From Candidatus Bathyarchaeota archaeon (GTDB lineage Archaea > Thermoproteota > Bathyarchaeia > Bathyarchaeales > Bathycorpusculaceae): a DNA stretch of 64,000 bases. Of this stretch, positions 1 through 10,426 are shown in pieces. The position numbers were made by a program, and so were the translations under genes. Position 1 is the first letter of the stretch. Every line of letters starts with the position of its first letter. The notes under the pieces were generated by a model. The model was not told where the DNA came from. It saw only the letters and a list, made by a program, of their open reading frames with translations, and did not search any database. The stretch is taken from contig CAVTZU010000032.1 in the NCBI GenBank assembly GCA_963739305.1, positions 11,149 to 75,148 of the forward strand, given 5' to 3'.

Positions 1-17
1 GAACATTAGATTTATTG
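1..17 (+). promoter_or_regulatory. ACATTAGA+TATA-like recurrent motif
   Basis: GAACATTAGATTTATT is identical at 1-16 and 3013-3028. Confidence 0.45.
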
Positions 18-260
18 TAGGATCGTCAACACGTTAAGGTTCAAACGTGCGCTACATATTTTTCTCCTAGACATGATTTGTGAGCTTTCCGCAATCGCAA
101 GCTGCTTATGACGAGTTGCGACATTAAAAGAAAGAGCAACTGAATAACAGTGCCAGCTTCGTTTTCTACTGGTTCTTGAATTAGCGCGCGCGCCAATTTT
201 CGATTTTGCGGAAAAGTTATAGCTGAACCATAAGAAACAGGAAATCGAGCGATTGAATCA

Positions 261-755
261 ATGTATGGAGATATAATTGACGATCTTGTAGTGCTTCTTT
301 CGTTGCTGTTCAACACTATTATGATACTTCTATTTGTTTTTCGGGGTCAAAGACGCGCACAGTCGGAAGCAAAGTTGGGTCCCGTGTCCAATTTACTATT
401 GGTTCCCTTTTCTATCCTCTGGTTGCTGAATCTGCTGAGTAATAGGGATTTGGGGCGTTTGATTACTCCCTTTCCAGTAATAATGTTCTTAGCTTATGAC
501 CTTTGGTATCGAACAGCAACCAAAAGGAAGCCACAGCATCACCCTGAAAATTGGCCCCTCGGCCTTTACATTTATCTATTGCTGTACGTAGTTGGCGGCA
601 TTATGTTGAACGGCTACGCATTCCTAGTATCTTTGCCCTACGGTTTTATTGTCCTTTCAAGTTATTACGGCAGCCTATTGGCCTATGGCTATTACCAATA
701 CAGCTACAAGAAATTCAAAAAGAGCCAAAATCAACAAGGCATCCATAACCAATGA
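261..755 (+). CDS. hypothetical multi-pass membrane protein
   Basis: 164-aa ORF with about 5 hydrophobic segments; AAAAGTTATA TATA-like box at ~212-221. Confidence 0.7.
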   Translation: MYGDIIDDLVVLLSLLFNTIMILLFVFRGQRRAQSEAKLGPVSNLLLVPFSILWLLNLLSNRDLGRLITPFPVIMFLAYDLWYRTATKRKPQHHPENWPLGLYIYLLLYVVGGIMLNGYAFLVSLPYGFIVLSSYYGSLLAYGYYQYSYKKFKKSQNQQGIHNQ

Positions 756-832
756 ATTTGGGTTAGGGGAAAAACTTAGTTCCAATCCCCAATTAAGGAC
801 ACAAAACTTAACTCAAGAAACAATCAATACGG

Positions 833-1555
833 ATGCACGTGAGCAGCAAGACAGAGAAGACATTTACTGAACAATCAAGCCAGAACGGAAAAAACGTTGA
901 AACGAGGCTTTCAAAGAAATGGACCTATGCAGCAGGCTTGGTGATTGTTTTTGGGATTGAGTTCGTGTTGAGGGATTTCCTTCTGCCAGGAAATGCAAAC
1001 GATGTCAGCATTGGTTTGGCTCTTGTTGGGGAGTGGTTGACCTTTTCTTTTTTGGTTTTTCTCTGGATTCCCAAAGTGGAGAAGAAGAACATGGCAAGCA
1101 TAGGTTTGGGAAAATTCAAACGGAGGCACCTAGTCTGGGGCGTTCTGGTTTATCTTCTGGTGCTGGTTGCTTCTTCCTTAAGCGGCTTTGTCTTACAGTT
1201 TGTTGGGCTGCCTTCGCTCCGTTCACTTCAGCCTCTGATAAAAGGATACGGGTTTGCCACTCTCTTTGGTCTCTTCTTGACAGGGACTTTCTTGGAAGAG
1301 GTGTTCTACCGAGGATACCTCATTGAGAGAATGACAATATTGACCAAACACAGGTGGGCTGCTGCCTTTGTGTCTTGGCTTCTGTTCATGCTCGTTCATC
1401 TAAAGTTCTTCGGCGTGGGACCCACGATAGATACGAGCATTATATCTGCGGCGCTAGTCCTGGTGTATCTCAAAGAGAAAAGCATCTGGCCCTGCATCGT
1501 AGTGCATGGCATAAATGATTTTCTGGCGTTTCTGATTTTTCCCTTGTTGATATGA
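833..1555 (+). CDS. CPBP family (CAAX/Abi) intramembrane glutamic endopeptidase
   Basis: EEVFYRG, FxxxH and HGINDF motifs in a multi-TM protein. Confidence 0.9.
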   Translation: MHVSSKTEKTFTEQSSQNGKNVETRLSKKWTYAAGLVIVFGIEFVLRDFLLPGNANDVSIGLALVGEWLTFSFLVFLWIPKVEKKNMASIGLGKFKRRHLVWGVLVYLLVLVASSLSGFVLQFVGLPSLRSLQPLIKGYGFATLFGLFLTGTFLEEVFYRGYLIERMTILTKHRWAAAFVSWLLFMLVHLKFFGVGPTIDTSIISAALVLVYLKEKSIWPCIVVHGINDFLAFLIFPLLI

Positions 1556-1858
1556 ACCCTCATGGTTCCCTAGCGCGCGCTATCCGACACATTAGAATGG
1601 GGCGTTTCAAAACTAGAACATGCGCGCGCTCGTTTATAAACAAAGAAAATGAGGGTGATTTGTGCGTTTGTAAGTGTTTTCCAGTTCTTACTTCTTTACG
1701 GGCTTTTTCTTCTTCCCTTTTGTGGCTTTAGGCACTATTCTAGCCTCGAATTACGATTGTCACCGTTTTTATTTAAGTTTTGCGCTAAATGCGTGCGCGC
1801 GCCTTCTAGCAAAACTCTATATTGCTTTTGCACACATGGAGAAGGAAAAGAGAGGGAA

Positions 1859-2257
1859 TCATTCAGTAGTTTTGCCATCGAATTCTTCTGGTTTCGCCAA
1901 TGCGTCAGCTTTTGTCTTGCGCACCGTACGATCTTGGTGCTCTGGCGGCGAATATATCGTGTACAGTTTGAGTTCTTTAGTCTTTGAAGTATTCGTCACG
2001 TTGTGTTTTGCACCGGCAGGCACTATGACGGCGTCTCCATCACTGACCTTATGCTTGATGTCGTCTATCGACACCAATCCCTCGCCTTTCTCGAACCTGA
2101 AGAACTGGTCGACTGTCTTATGAACCTCTTCCCCTATTTCCTCACAAGGTTTAAGGCTCATCAATACGAGCTGGCTGTACTTGCCTGTGTAGAGAACGCG
2201 TCGGAAATTGGCATTGCCCAAAGCGTCCTTCTCGATGTTGGACTTGAAACCCTTCAT
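1859..2257 (-). CDS. cupin domain protein (mannose-6-phosphate isomerase-like)
   Basis: EIGEEVH...DQFFRFEKGEG and VPAGAKHNV cupin motifs; ATG at 2257. Confidence 0.88.
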   Translation of the reverse strand: MKGFKSNIEKDALGNANFRRVLYTGKYSQLVLMSLKPCEEIGEEVHKTVDQFFRFEKGEGLVSIDDIKHKVSDGDAVIVPAGAKHNVTNTSKTKELKLYTIYSPPEHQDRTVRKTKADALAKPEEFDGKTTE

Positions 2258-2423
2258 ATGTAACACTTCGCTTATGATTCGACAGCCTCTTGTTTATAAG
2301 TTCACTGCTCAGCTCGCGCTCGAGTTCAAGACGTGTTGAGAATTCTCTGCAAACGCGCGCGGACGAGCAACTATAAACTTAAAAGGAAATGCAAACGAAC
2401 CCAGTTAGCGAAGGTAGAACAGA

Positions 2424-2774
2424 ATGGACTTCGTTGCGTTACTGATTCAGATTATCGTAGGGGTCATCATTATCGCGCCAATTCTCTGGCTGGCTGGAAG
2501 AGCACTCGTTGGGAAGGAAAAAGCAAAGTTCACGGACGCAATATGGATAGTGGTTCTTGGAATAGTGATAGGTGCTTTAGTCGGCTTCTTCAATCTTGGC
2601 TGGACAATAGCAGCGCTCATCATGTTCGTAGTCTGGCTTGCACTGATCAAACACTTCTTCGACTGCGGATGGTTAAAGGCACTGGCGATAGCTATTATTG
2701 CAGTGATAATTTTCATAGTCATAATCGCTGTGCTGGCCATAATTGGCTTCGGAATACTGAAACTCTGGCTATAA
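2424..2774 (+). CDS. small hypothetical membrane protein
   Basis: 116 aa, 4 TM segments, TATA-like box upstream, T-run downstream. Confidence 0.75.
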   Translation: MDFVALLIQIIVGVIIIAPILWLAGRALVGKEKAKFTDAIWIVVLGIVIGALVGFFNLGWTIAALIMFVVWLALIKHFFDCGWLKALAIAIIAVIIFIVIIAVLAIIGFGILKLWL

Positions 2775-2800
2775 CCTCTGACATCGTAATCTTGCACCCA

Positions 2801-2810
2801 CCCTTTTTTT
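2801..2810 (+). terminator. oligo(T) terminator candidate
   Basis: CCCTTTTTTT about 30 nt after the stop codon. Confidence 0.4.
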
Positions 2811-3012
2811 GCGCGCGCTCTGGCTATTCGGAAAGAGCCCTTGTACAGATATGGAAACTTTACAATCCCGGTGTGAAGAGAGAGTAAAGCGCGTGCTTTT
2901 TGCTGCAGTTGTGTTTTCATTGTGTACTTGTATGTAAGGATACTACCTAAGCTGACACTCAAGTAGATCGATCGCTCGCAGAAGAATGCGTGTGCCGCTA
3001 GATGCGTGAGTG

Positions 3013-3030
3013 GAACATTAGATTTATTAG
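3013..3030 (+). promoter_or_regulatory. promoter, ACATTAGA + TTTATTA box
   Basis: TATA-like box about 40 nt upstream of ATG 3070; motif repeated elsewhere. Confidence 0.55.
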
Positions 3031-3069
3031 TGATACCGTAAATGCATTACGGTTAAAGGGGCACGGAAA

Positions 3070-3420
3070 ATGTCTATCGGCTCAAGGATCGAAAGCAAAG
3101 GCATGTTGGCAACGTCGATTTTTTACGCAATCGTCGGAATAGTCTTCTTAGGGTTGTTACCTTTGAGTGGGTTTGCACCGCACATAGGCTTACTCGGCAT
3201 CGTCAGTCTAGTGACTGCTTACGGTTTGCTCAGGAAACGCGCATGGTCTTTGTGGCTTGTCGCGATTCTGTTTGTTACAGGCACGACCTTTGCCTTATTC
3301 ATTATTTATGACGCGTTAGCAACTGCGTTTCTCCTTGGTTTAGGCGTCATCGCATATCTCATCTTAACTTGGGTCTTCACCGCTTACGCTGCGGTGAGAA
3401 GAAGAACTTTTGAAGCCTAG
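3070..3420 (+). CDS. small hypothetical membrane protein
   Basis: 116 aa, 4 TM segments. Confidence 0.75.
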   Translation: MSIGSRIESKGMLATSIFYAIVGIVFLGLLPLSGFAPHIGLLGIVSLVTAYGLLRKRAWSLWLVAILFVTGTTFALFIIYDALATAFLLGLGVIAYLILTWVFTAYAAVRRRTFEA

Positions 3421-4668
3421 AAACAAAACGTTTTGCTTCTAAAAAGATGCACAAAGACCCTGTCATCTACGTCTACAAACTGTACATTCTCAGGTATCTC
3501 CACAAAACCGTCCGCTCTCGCCAAAAGGGATATTGCGCCAGATTCCCCTCTTTGTACAGGTTCAGCAAGAATTCCATGTGATTCGTTAGACCGTAGTTTT
3601 ACCATTACAAATGTTCTTCTTCCCTTGGCCGAGAACATCCTGGCCCCGGCTGATGCCTCCACCGTCAAATCATTCTCAGGCTCTCTCTTCGTCATCAACC
3701 GAATCGCAGGGCGAACAAGCAGACGGAAAACGAGCAATGCAGAAGTCGGATGACCAGGAAGTGAAAACACGGGCTTCCCATCGATGACTGCGAATGTTGT
3801 AGGCTTTCCAGGTTTGATCGCTATGCCCGAAAAGATAACGCCGGGAGTTCCCAGAGACGCCAGCGCTTTGGGCATGAGATCCTTTGGACCCACAGAGACT
3901 CCGCCTGACGTTACGATCACGTCAGCCAAGGTCAAAGCTTTTCTCAACGCTTCCTGCAACTCAGAAAAGTTGTCTTCGACAACTCCTGAATAAATCGGCT
4001 CTCCACCGCTTTCAAGAATGGCCGAACTCAAACTGTACGCGTTTATGTCAAAGACTTTTCCAGGAGATAGCCTCTTGCCCGGCTCTGTCAATTCTGGTCC
4101 TGTCGAGAGTACAGCTACTCGTGGAACTCTGCGGACTTCAACGGAACCCATGCCCAACGCGGCTAGGACTCCGATTTCTCTTGAACCCAGGGTGGTGCCG
4201 CATTCGAGTACCGTCTCTCCTTTTTTGATGTCGTTACCCGCCTTCATGACGTTTTCATGTTTGGACACTGCACTATAGACATGGATTTCCTCTGCTTTTC
4301 TTTCCGAATACTCAACCATGACAACGGCGTTTGACCCGTTCGGCATAGGTGCCCCTGTTACGATCTCAGCAGCTTGATCCTTTCCAACGGTTGTCTTCGG
4401 CAATTCTCCGATTCGAACGGTTCCGCAGAGCATTCAGGGTGACAGGTCTGTTTTCTGCTGCTCCGAAGGTGTCTTCTGCCCTGACAGCGTAACCGTCAAC
4501 GGTGGACCTGTCGAACGGTGGAACATTCCGGGTCGCAACGACGTCTTCTGCCAAAACCCTGTTGGTTGCATGGAGAAGTTTGATCTGTTCGTTACCCAGC
4601 ATCGCGGGCTTGAGCCTATCAAGTATCGCCTTTCGAGCTTGTTCAAGCGACAGCAATCTTCTAAACAT
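3417..4668 (-). pseudogene. moeA: molybdopterin molybdenumtransferase MoeA (second copy), split by a +1 frameshift (possible sequencing error)
   Basis: N-terminal part (PPFDRSTVDGYAV) in 4366-4668 joins the C-terminal part (TGAPMP, SGGVSVG, KPGKP, LPGHP) after removing one base near 4433. Confidence 0.85.
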
Positions 4669-4672
4669 TTAC

Positions 4673-5908
4673 TCAAGTCACTTCTAGGCTGTCAAACAAG
4701 TGAACCGGAACGATTTCTCCTTCCTCAATGCCTTCAACATTTTCTGGAGTAACAACATAGCCGTTGGATTCTGTCATTGTCGAAATCAAGCCAGAACCTC
4801 GAGCGCTGACAGGCTTTGCCAAGAATTCGCCATTCTGTTGAAGAACCCGTACTCGCACGATGTTTTTTCTTCCTAAGGTCACTGTAATTCTCTTGGTCAT
4901 TCTGGCCTTCAAAACTGGTCTAGATTCCTCTCGCTCAAGCCCCAAGAGCTTGCTGACCAGCGGTCTACCAAAAACCTCAAAGCTCAACATTGCTGCGGCG
5001 GGGTTGCCCGGCAACACCAATATTGGCTTACCATTTACCACCGCCAAAGCCGTCGGCATCCCAGGTCGCATCGCAACGCCATGAACAATCACGCCTGGTT
5101 TTCCAAGGTTGTTGATTGCGTCTGGAACAAGATCGGGAGCTCCTACGCTAGTACCGCCCGACGTGATAATTGCATCAGACTCTTCAAGCCCCATCCGAAG
5201 TTTTTCTGAAATCTGCTTCACTTCGTCTCTTGCAATCCCAAGGTCGACGGTTTCTGTCCCAAGCTCGACGCACAATGCAGTTAGCGCAAGCCTGTTGGAG
5301 TCAAAGATTTGGTTCTTCTGAAGCTTCATGCCTGATTTTGCCAGCTCATTTCCAGTCGTCAAAACGCCGATCTTTGGCTTCTCAAAAACTCTGAGCTCTT
5401 TCATTCCAAGAGCAGCCAGCAGCCCGAGATGTTGGGGTCTAAGACGCTTTCCAGCTCTGACTGCAACCGATCCTCTACGTAGATCCTCTCCCTGTTTCGA
5501 AACGTTCTCCCATCGCGTCGCTGAACTCCAGACTTCAACCTTGCTTCGTATCAGTTTGACGTTTTCCAACATCACGACCGCATCTGCGCCCTCCGGCAAC
5601 GGGTTTCCCGTCCAAATCTGCTTTGCCTGCCTCTTGCTTATCGATTCCCCATCCACTATCTCCAAGATTCTGGGTATAGTCTGACTCGCTCCAACAGTCT
5701 CTGAGGCTTTAACAGCGTATCCATCAACAGCTGACCTGTTTGTTCTTGGCAGATCCGACTGCGCCATTATGTCCTCGGAAAGGACCCGGTTCAAACCTGA
5801 CTCTAAAGAAATAGCACTTCTCTTTGGCTGAAACTCTATTTCGATCAGAAATCTCTTCAATGCTTCATCCACTGGGACAAGTTCCTGAAAACCTTTCAGA
5901 CGTGCCAA
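4673..5908 (-). CDS. moeA: molybdopterin molybdenumtransferase MoeA
   Basis: RSAVDGYAV, TGNPLPEGADAVVM, SGGTSVG, RPGMP, LPGNP motifs. Confidence 0.93.
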   Translation of the reverse strand: MARLKGFQELVPVDEALKRFLIEIEFQPKRSAISLESGLNRVLSEDIMAQSDLPRTNRSAVDGYAVKASETVGASQTIPRILEIVDGESISKRQAKQIWTGNPLPEGADAVVMLENVKLIRSKVEVWSSATRWENVSKQGEDLRRGSVAVRAGKRLRPQHLGLLAALGMKELRVFEKPKIGVLTTGNELAKSGMKLQKNQIFDSNRLALTALCVELGTETVDLGIARDEVKQISEKLRMGLEESDAIITSGGTSVGAPDLVPDAINNLGKPGVIVHGVAMRPGMPTALAVVNGKPILVLPGNPAAAMLSFEVFGRPLVSKLLGLEREESRPVLKARMTKRITVTLGRKNIVRVRVLQQNGEFLAKPVSARGSGLISTMTESNGYVVTPENVEGIEEGEIVPVHLFDSLEVT

Positions 5909-5964
5909 AACATATTCCCATACACAGCACTATTGGACACCGTAAAAAACGTATCGCACTCCTC

Positions 5965-6837
5965 CTAATGCGCTCTGCCCTGCTCTTCTCGCAGGATATC
6001 ATGCATTCTTAAGGCGTCTACGTCTAGAATAGGACTTTCACTGATGATGGTCGGTTTCAAGTCAAACTCGACTATCACTTTGGCAAGTAACCGGAAATCG
6101 GGCCCATAGCGGAGTTCATCCAGCGTGTGATGGCGTCTTTCGCCTTTGTCGGTGAACTCGATCTTTGTGAAGTGGCAGTGCATCGTCTTGGCAGCCTCAG
6201 TGCCTAACCGATTTTCAACATCTTCCACAACCTTGCGAACGTCATCGATCCTGCGGAGGCGTCCCAGTCCTCTCGCGTGCAAGTGGGACCAATCGATAAC
6301 CAACTGAGTCCGTCCAACCGTTTCACACAGTTCAATAACTTCATCCAAGGTTCCTAGCTGGTGCATCCGCCCCATCGTCTCTGGACCAAGTTTGACATTT
6401 TTCACTCCGAGACCGTCCAGCTTTTCAACAACGTCACGCATAGCTGCTGAACACATTCTCAGCGCTTCTTCACGCGGCATTCTGCCGTAGACTCCGGGGT
6501 GAAAAACAACGACGTGTGCCTTCATCCATTCAGCGGCGGTTGCGCAAGCTATCAGACGCTGCTTGCTCGCTTCGACAATCGATTCTTTTCCGCAAAAGTT
6601 GATGAAGTAAGAACCGTGCATGCTAAGCCAAACATCATTTCGCTCAGCTTCCAAACCCAGTTTTCCAGCCTCTTCCTTCCTTATCTGAGGCTTCCTTCCC
6701 CAATGGACAGCTTCATACTCGAACGCGTCAAGACCTTCTTCTCTGAGAAGCCTCGGAACATCCTCCGTTGCAGCCTTCATCAGCCTAAACGCAGGAGGAA
6801 CCCCAGCGGGGCCAAACCTGGGGCGTTGACTCATCAA
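5965..6837 (-). CDS. nfo: endonuclease IV-like TIM-barrel AP endonuclease
   Basis: FGPAG, HGSYFIN, FHPG, ETMG, DWSHLHAR, HCHF, ISESP motifs. Confidence 0.88.
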   Translation of the reverse strand: MMSQRPRFGPAGVPPAFRLMKAATEDVPRLLREEGLDAFEYEAVHWGRKPQIRKEEAGKLGLEAERNDVWLSMHGSYFINFCGKESIVEASKQRLIACATAAEWMKAHVVVFHPGVYGRMPREEALRMCSAAMRDVVEKLDGLGVKNVKLGPETMGRMHQLGTLDEVIELCETVGRTQLVIDWSHLHARGLGRLRRIDDVRKVVEDVENRLGTEAAKTMHCHFTKIEFTDKGERRHHTLDELRYGPDFRLLAKVIVEFDLKPTIISESPILDVDALRMHDILREEQGRAH

Positions 6838-6855
6838 AATCCCATAAAACCGCCG

Positions 6856-7716
6856 CTACTTTTTGTAACGGTAACCTCTGCTTGCACGTTCTCCGTACAA
6901 CAGAACCATGAGCACTGAAATCCAGGCGGCAGCATTCTGGAAGGCCAAGTACTTCCCCGCGTTGTCCAATGAAGCTATAGGGCCTAACAAATCTCCCACG
7001 CTTGACGCAAAACTTGCAAACCCTGACGAAGACGCCAATAATCCATTGCTTATGGGGCCAGAAAATCCGCCAAAAACTCCGTTCGCCCAATTATCAACCG
7101 AAAAAACAAAGTTGGTCAGCCCCGGATTTGTTCGATAAACGAACTGCACACTGCGATAGATCAGTTGAGGGTACGCAAACAGAGAAAAAATCAGAGTGAA
7201 AACGCCGAAGAACAAAAGCACTATGACGGCGCTTTTAATGGTTGGTCGTCCGATACGTGTTCTCTCCGAAAATCGGCCAATCCCAGAAAATCTAGACTTG
7301 ACTCCCTTCGAGAAGTTTCTGCTAGCACGTCTCATCCTCGAAACAATTCCTTTCTTTTCGGTTTTCTGTCTCGGAAGAGTCTCCACTCTTCCTCTTCGTA
7401 TTTCCTGCCGTTTTGTCGTCAGTCTCCTCGTCAAGTACACCCAGCAGAAGGCAAGCGTGATTACGACGGTGATCGGAACAAGCTCAAACAATGGGCTAAA
7501 CGTCAAGGTTGTCAGTGAACCCGTTCCGGGGAACTGGAAGCTGAACTGCAAAAGTCCAGTGTCTTGAAGGCCCAGACTCAAAGCGTAAAGGACCACGAGA
7601 GCCTCGAACAGCGAGGTCACCAGGAGAAACAGTATCAGAGGAGCAAGTCCTCTCAGGGCTCTCATGCGAGCTGACTCGGGTTTTTGGTTGGGTCGACTTG
7701 ACAAACGCTTCACCAT
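6856..7716 (-). CDS. hypothetical membrane protein
   Basis: 286 aa, 4 TM segments with a basic loop; co-oriented with nfo. Confidence 0.75.
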   Translation of the reverse strand: MVKRLSSRPNQKPESARMRALRGLAPLILFLLVTSLFEALVVLYALSLGLQDTGLLQFSFQFPGTGSLTTLTFSPLFELVPITVVITLAFCWVYLTRRLTTKRQEIRRGRVETLPRQKTEKKGIVSRMRRASRNFSKGVKSRFSGIGRFSERTRIGRPTIKSAVIVLLFFGVFTLIFSLFAYPQLIYRSVQFVYRTNPGLTNFVFSVDNWANGVFGGFSGPISNGLLASSSGFASFASSVGDLLGPIASLDNAGKYLAFQNAAAWISVLMVLLYGERASRGYRYKK

Positions 7717-7794
7717 TATTGCATGGCAATTTTCCCTTGAAATATGAAGCTTCTCACTAAAAAACGTGACTGTGAAATACGCACAGCCAACCGC

Positions 7795-7989
7795 TTAAGG
7801 ATTGATGCGATCTCTCTTCGTTTCGTTTGGCGCGAATTCCTCTCCGCATTTAGGGCATTTTGCCCCCGAGCAATGTACGGCCGATTCGCAGCCAGAACAC
7901 GCAAAAGCTCTACCGTAAGTTATGTCGAATACGAAGCCGCATTTTGGACAACGAACGATACGTTTCCCTCGGCTACTCATATCAACCAT
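7795..7989 (-). CDS. small Cys-rich zinc-finger protein
   Basis: CPKCG...CSGC...C...CPKCG; TATA-like TTTTAAA upstream. Confidence 0.7.
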   Translation of the reverse strand: MVDMSSRGKRIVRCPKCGFVFDITYGRAFACSGCESAVHCSGAKCPKCGEEFAPNETKRDRINP

Positions 7990-8105
7990 TTTTTCACGTC
8001 ATCCGACCAACAAGATTTTAAAAGCTCTCCTAGATATGTTTAAGCGTTTAAAGCGGAAATCTTAACTGCCCAGAAAATATAATCGCTCAGAAATCATGAG
8101 GTGCG

Positions 8106-9098
8106 GTGAACACGTCGGGTAAAACCGTTCGGATGGAGCTCTACAAGCAACGGAACACACAAGCGTTGCTAGGCAAGTTTCTGAGCGGTGAGGTCGATGA
8201 GCTTCAACCGGTCTACGATGCGAAACTTGGATACCGCTACCTGACAGTTGAAGCAATCGTTGGAGATGCAACGAACGCAGAAATCTTCCTCAAAAAGCTT
8301 TCTGACGCCGGGATACTCGAAAGAAAACTGTTCGACAAAACAGTCGCATGTCCGAAGTGCAGTTCAACAAGCGTATCAATTCACTATTGTTGCCCTTACT
8401 GCAAGTCATTCGACATTCGAAAAAGCTCCTTAATCGAGCACGTCAAGTGCGGCTACATGGACGTTGAGGAGAATTTCCATAAAGCTGGAAAACTGATCTG
8501 CCCGAAATGCAATGACGAGTTGAAAAAACCAGACTTCGATTACAGAAGAGCAGGCATATGGTGCGTTTGCAAGGACTGTGGAAAAAGCTTCGATATTCCT
8601 TTGACCGGACTCTTCTGCCGCGATTGTCACACGAATTTCACGTTTGAAGACGCAGTTATCAAGGACATCTACTCATACAGCCTGAGAGAAGAAGCCAAGC
8701 AGGAAGCAGGTCTAGGCTGGGTTCTAGTAGCTCCGATCAAGGAGTTTCTTGAAGAAATCGGGCTCGAAGTTGAAGGACCAGCTTTTCTTAAAGGCAAATC
8801 CGGAGCAAATCACACGTTTGACCTAGCTGCTCGGTCGAAGGACGCAGCGAGAAAAGTGACGGTAATCGACCTGGCAACCGCCACTGAAGGCTCTGTTTCT
8901 GAACAATCGGTCATCGCCTTGTTTGCCAAGACGTTCGACGTATCTCCTGACAAAGCGTATTTGGTAGCTATTCCTCGACTGAACGATAACGGCAAGAGAA
9001 TGGCAGAACTGTACAATATCCAGGTGATAGAGGGCAAAAACCAAAGTGAAGCAATAAGAGTTCTGAAAGAGAAATTTCCAATCAAGAAAATGACATGA
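8106..9098 (+). CDS. TackOD1-like multi-zinc-ribbon protein with C-terminal restriction-endonuclease-like domain
   Basis: CPKC, CPYC, HVKC, CPKC, CKDC, CRDC; C-terminal GKSGANHTFD...VIDL. Confidence 0.75.
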   Translation: MNTSGKTVRMELYKQRNTQALLGKFLSGEVDELQPVYDAKLGYRYLTVEAIVGDATNAEIFLKKLSDAGILERKLFDKTVACPKCSSTSVSIHYCCPYCKSFDIRKSSLIEHVKCGYMDVEENFHKAGKLICPKCNDELKKPDFDYRRAGIWCVCKDCGKSFDIPLTGLFCRDCHTNFTFEDAVIKDIYSYSLREEAKQEAGLGWVLVAPIKEFLEEIGLEVEGPAFLKGKSGANHTFDLAARSKDAARKVTVIDLATATEGSVSEQSVIALFAKTFDVSPDKAYLVAIPRLNDNGKRMAELYNIQVIEGKNQSEAIRVLKEKFPIKKMT

Positions 9099-9129
9099 TG
9101 CATTTGGCTTTTGCTTGCGTGCGCGCTTT

Positions 9130-10010
9130 CTAGGAAACCCTGAAAACTGATACGGTTCCCTTTTCAGTTACGATTCTGACGATAAAGGGTCTGTCGGGCA
9201 ATGTGATGTCAACGCGAGCGTAGTACGCTCGTTCGCCCGAGTTTATGAAAAGATTGATTTCATACCTCTGATGAATTGGTCTCGTTGTCTACCCAAAGCG
9301 AAACCAAATGCGCGGTAGTCGATCCATTATTGTCTAACGTTAGCTGTGCTCCATCAATCACAGCTCTGACCCCTAGAAAATCAATGTCGAGGGTGGTCTG
9401 GTTCACATCCGCCAATGCGTCTATTCACTTCAACACGCATCGTTCCATTGTCCTGCACGTAACTTCTCCACTGATCAGTGAGATTCACAGCATAATATTG
9501 CCACGATGTGGTTGGTATTTGCCCTGAAGAGGAGTTAAAATTGTTGTCGTCGTAATTTGATGTAGACCAATTGTATGCTTTCAGGTACCATGTGTCCCCT
9601 GAATCACTGGCCCTATACCTCATCTGTACTTCAATTGTCTTGATGCGATCAAGAGGATAAGTCATCAAGTCAATTGTGAAGGTGTTGTTGATGTTCAATC
9701 TGTTGTTTGATTGAGTTTCCTCTGTGAAGCTTTCATATTGGTTGTCAACAGCTTGGGTGTCAGAATACGTGCCCGCTATCCGGGTCCCTGCGTTCACGGT
9801 GTACTCGCCCAGAGCAGTGGACCAGGCGGAGGCGTTGAGGGGCGCGACATCAGCGATCTGAACGTCCTCATGAATTTTCTCCCAGTCAAACTGGTTCATC
9901 TGGTAGCTCCAGATAATGACGTTGGTGACAATTATGACTAGGAGAAGGAGACTCAGCATTACGACGATCACGTTGCTTACGCCGCGATTGTTGAACCTAA
10001 CTCGCTTCAT
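9130..10010 (-). pseudogene. large pilin-like/adhesin protein with class III signal peptide, two +1 frameshifts (possible errors)
   Basis: NRG/VSNVIVVMLSLLLL N-terminus; reading continues (IDFLGVRAVIDG...NNGSTTAHLVSLWV; HQRYEINLFINSGE...IVTEKG) after shifts near 9424 and 9276. Confidence 0.7.
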
Positions 10011-10410
10011 AATAGCCCGCAACTTGCGTTCCCCTTGTCGTTACCATTCTGATGTAGTATAAGTCGCCAAGTTCCCATGTCTCCGAAATGTTCAGCCACC
10101 CATGCTCGTTGATTTCCAGATTGAACGGTCTTGTGAAAGGTTGAGACGTACCGTTGACATAGACAGATGGAATGGTGACAGCGACCTTTCCAACGTTCCG
10201 GAGATAGACGTTGATACTGCCCGTGAGGTTGTTGAACCAAACATCCTCAATGATAACTCGTTCACTCATCTGGTCGCGAAGATTCGTCGTCACAACGTAA
10301 GTCGCCGTCGTGGCGATAGCCATCGCGGCCACGGCAATAACTGTTAACAGAAGAGTGCTTAGAACAGGAGTTATCGCCCTTTTGTTCGTGAAGACTCTTG
10401 CTATCCTCAT
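9997..10410 (-). CDS. archaeal type IV pilin
   Basis: class III signal peptide KRA/ITPVLSTLLL; VYLRNVG...VYVNG; MVTTRG C-terminal motif. Confidence 0.85.
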   Translation of the reverse strand: MRIARVFTNKRAITPVLSTLLLTVIAVAAMAIATTATYVVTTNLRDQMSERVIIEDVWFNNLTGSINVYLRNVGKVAVTIPSVYVNGTSQPFTRPFNLEINEHGWLNISETWELGDLYYIRMVTTRGTQVAGYYEAS

Positions 10411-10426
10411 CGTTCTTTTCCTCCGC

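Noticed and set aside
1649-2333. Plus-strand ORFs 1649-1987, 1674-2123, 2003-2263
   Set aside because: Shadow ORFs antisense to the cupin gene or crossing its terminator region; no motifs
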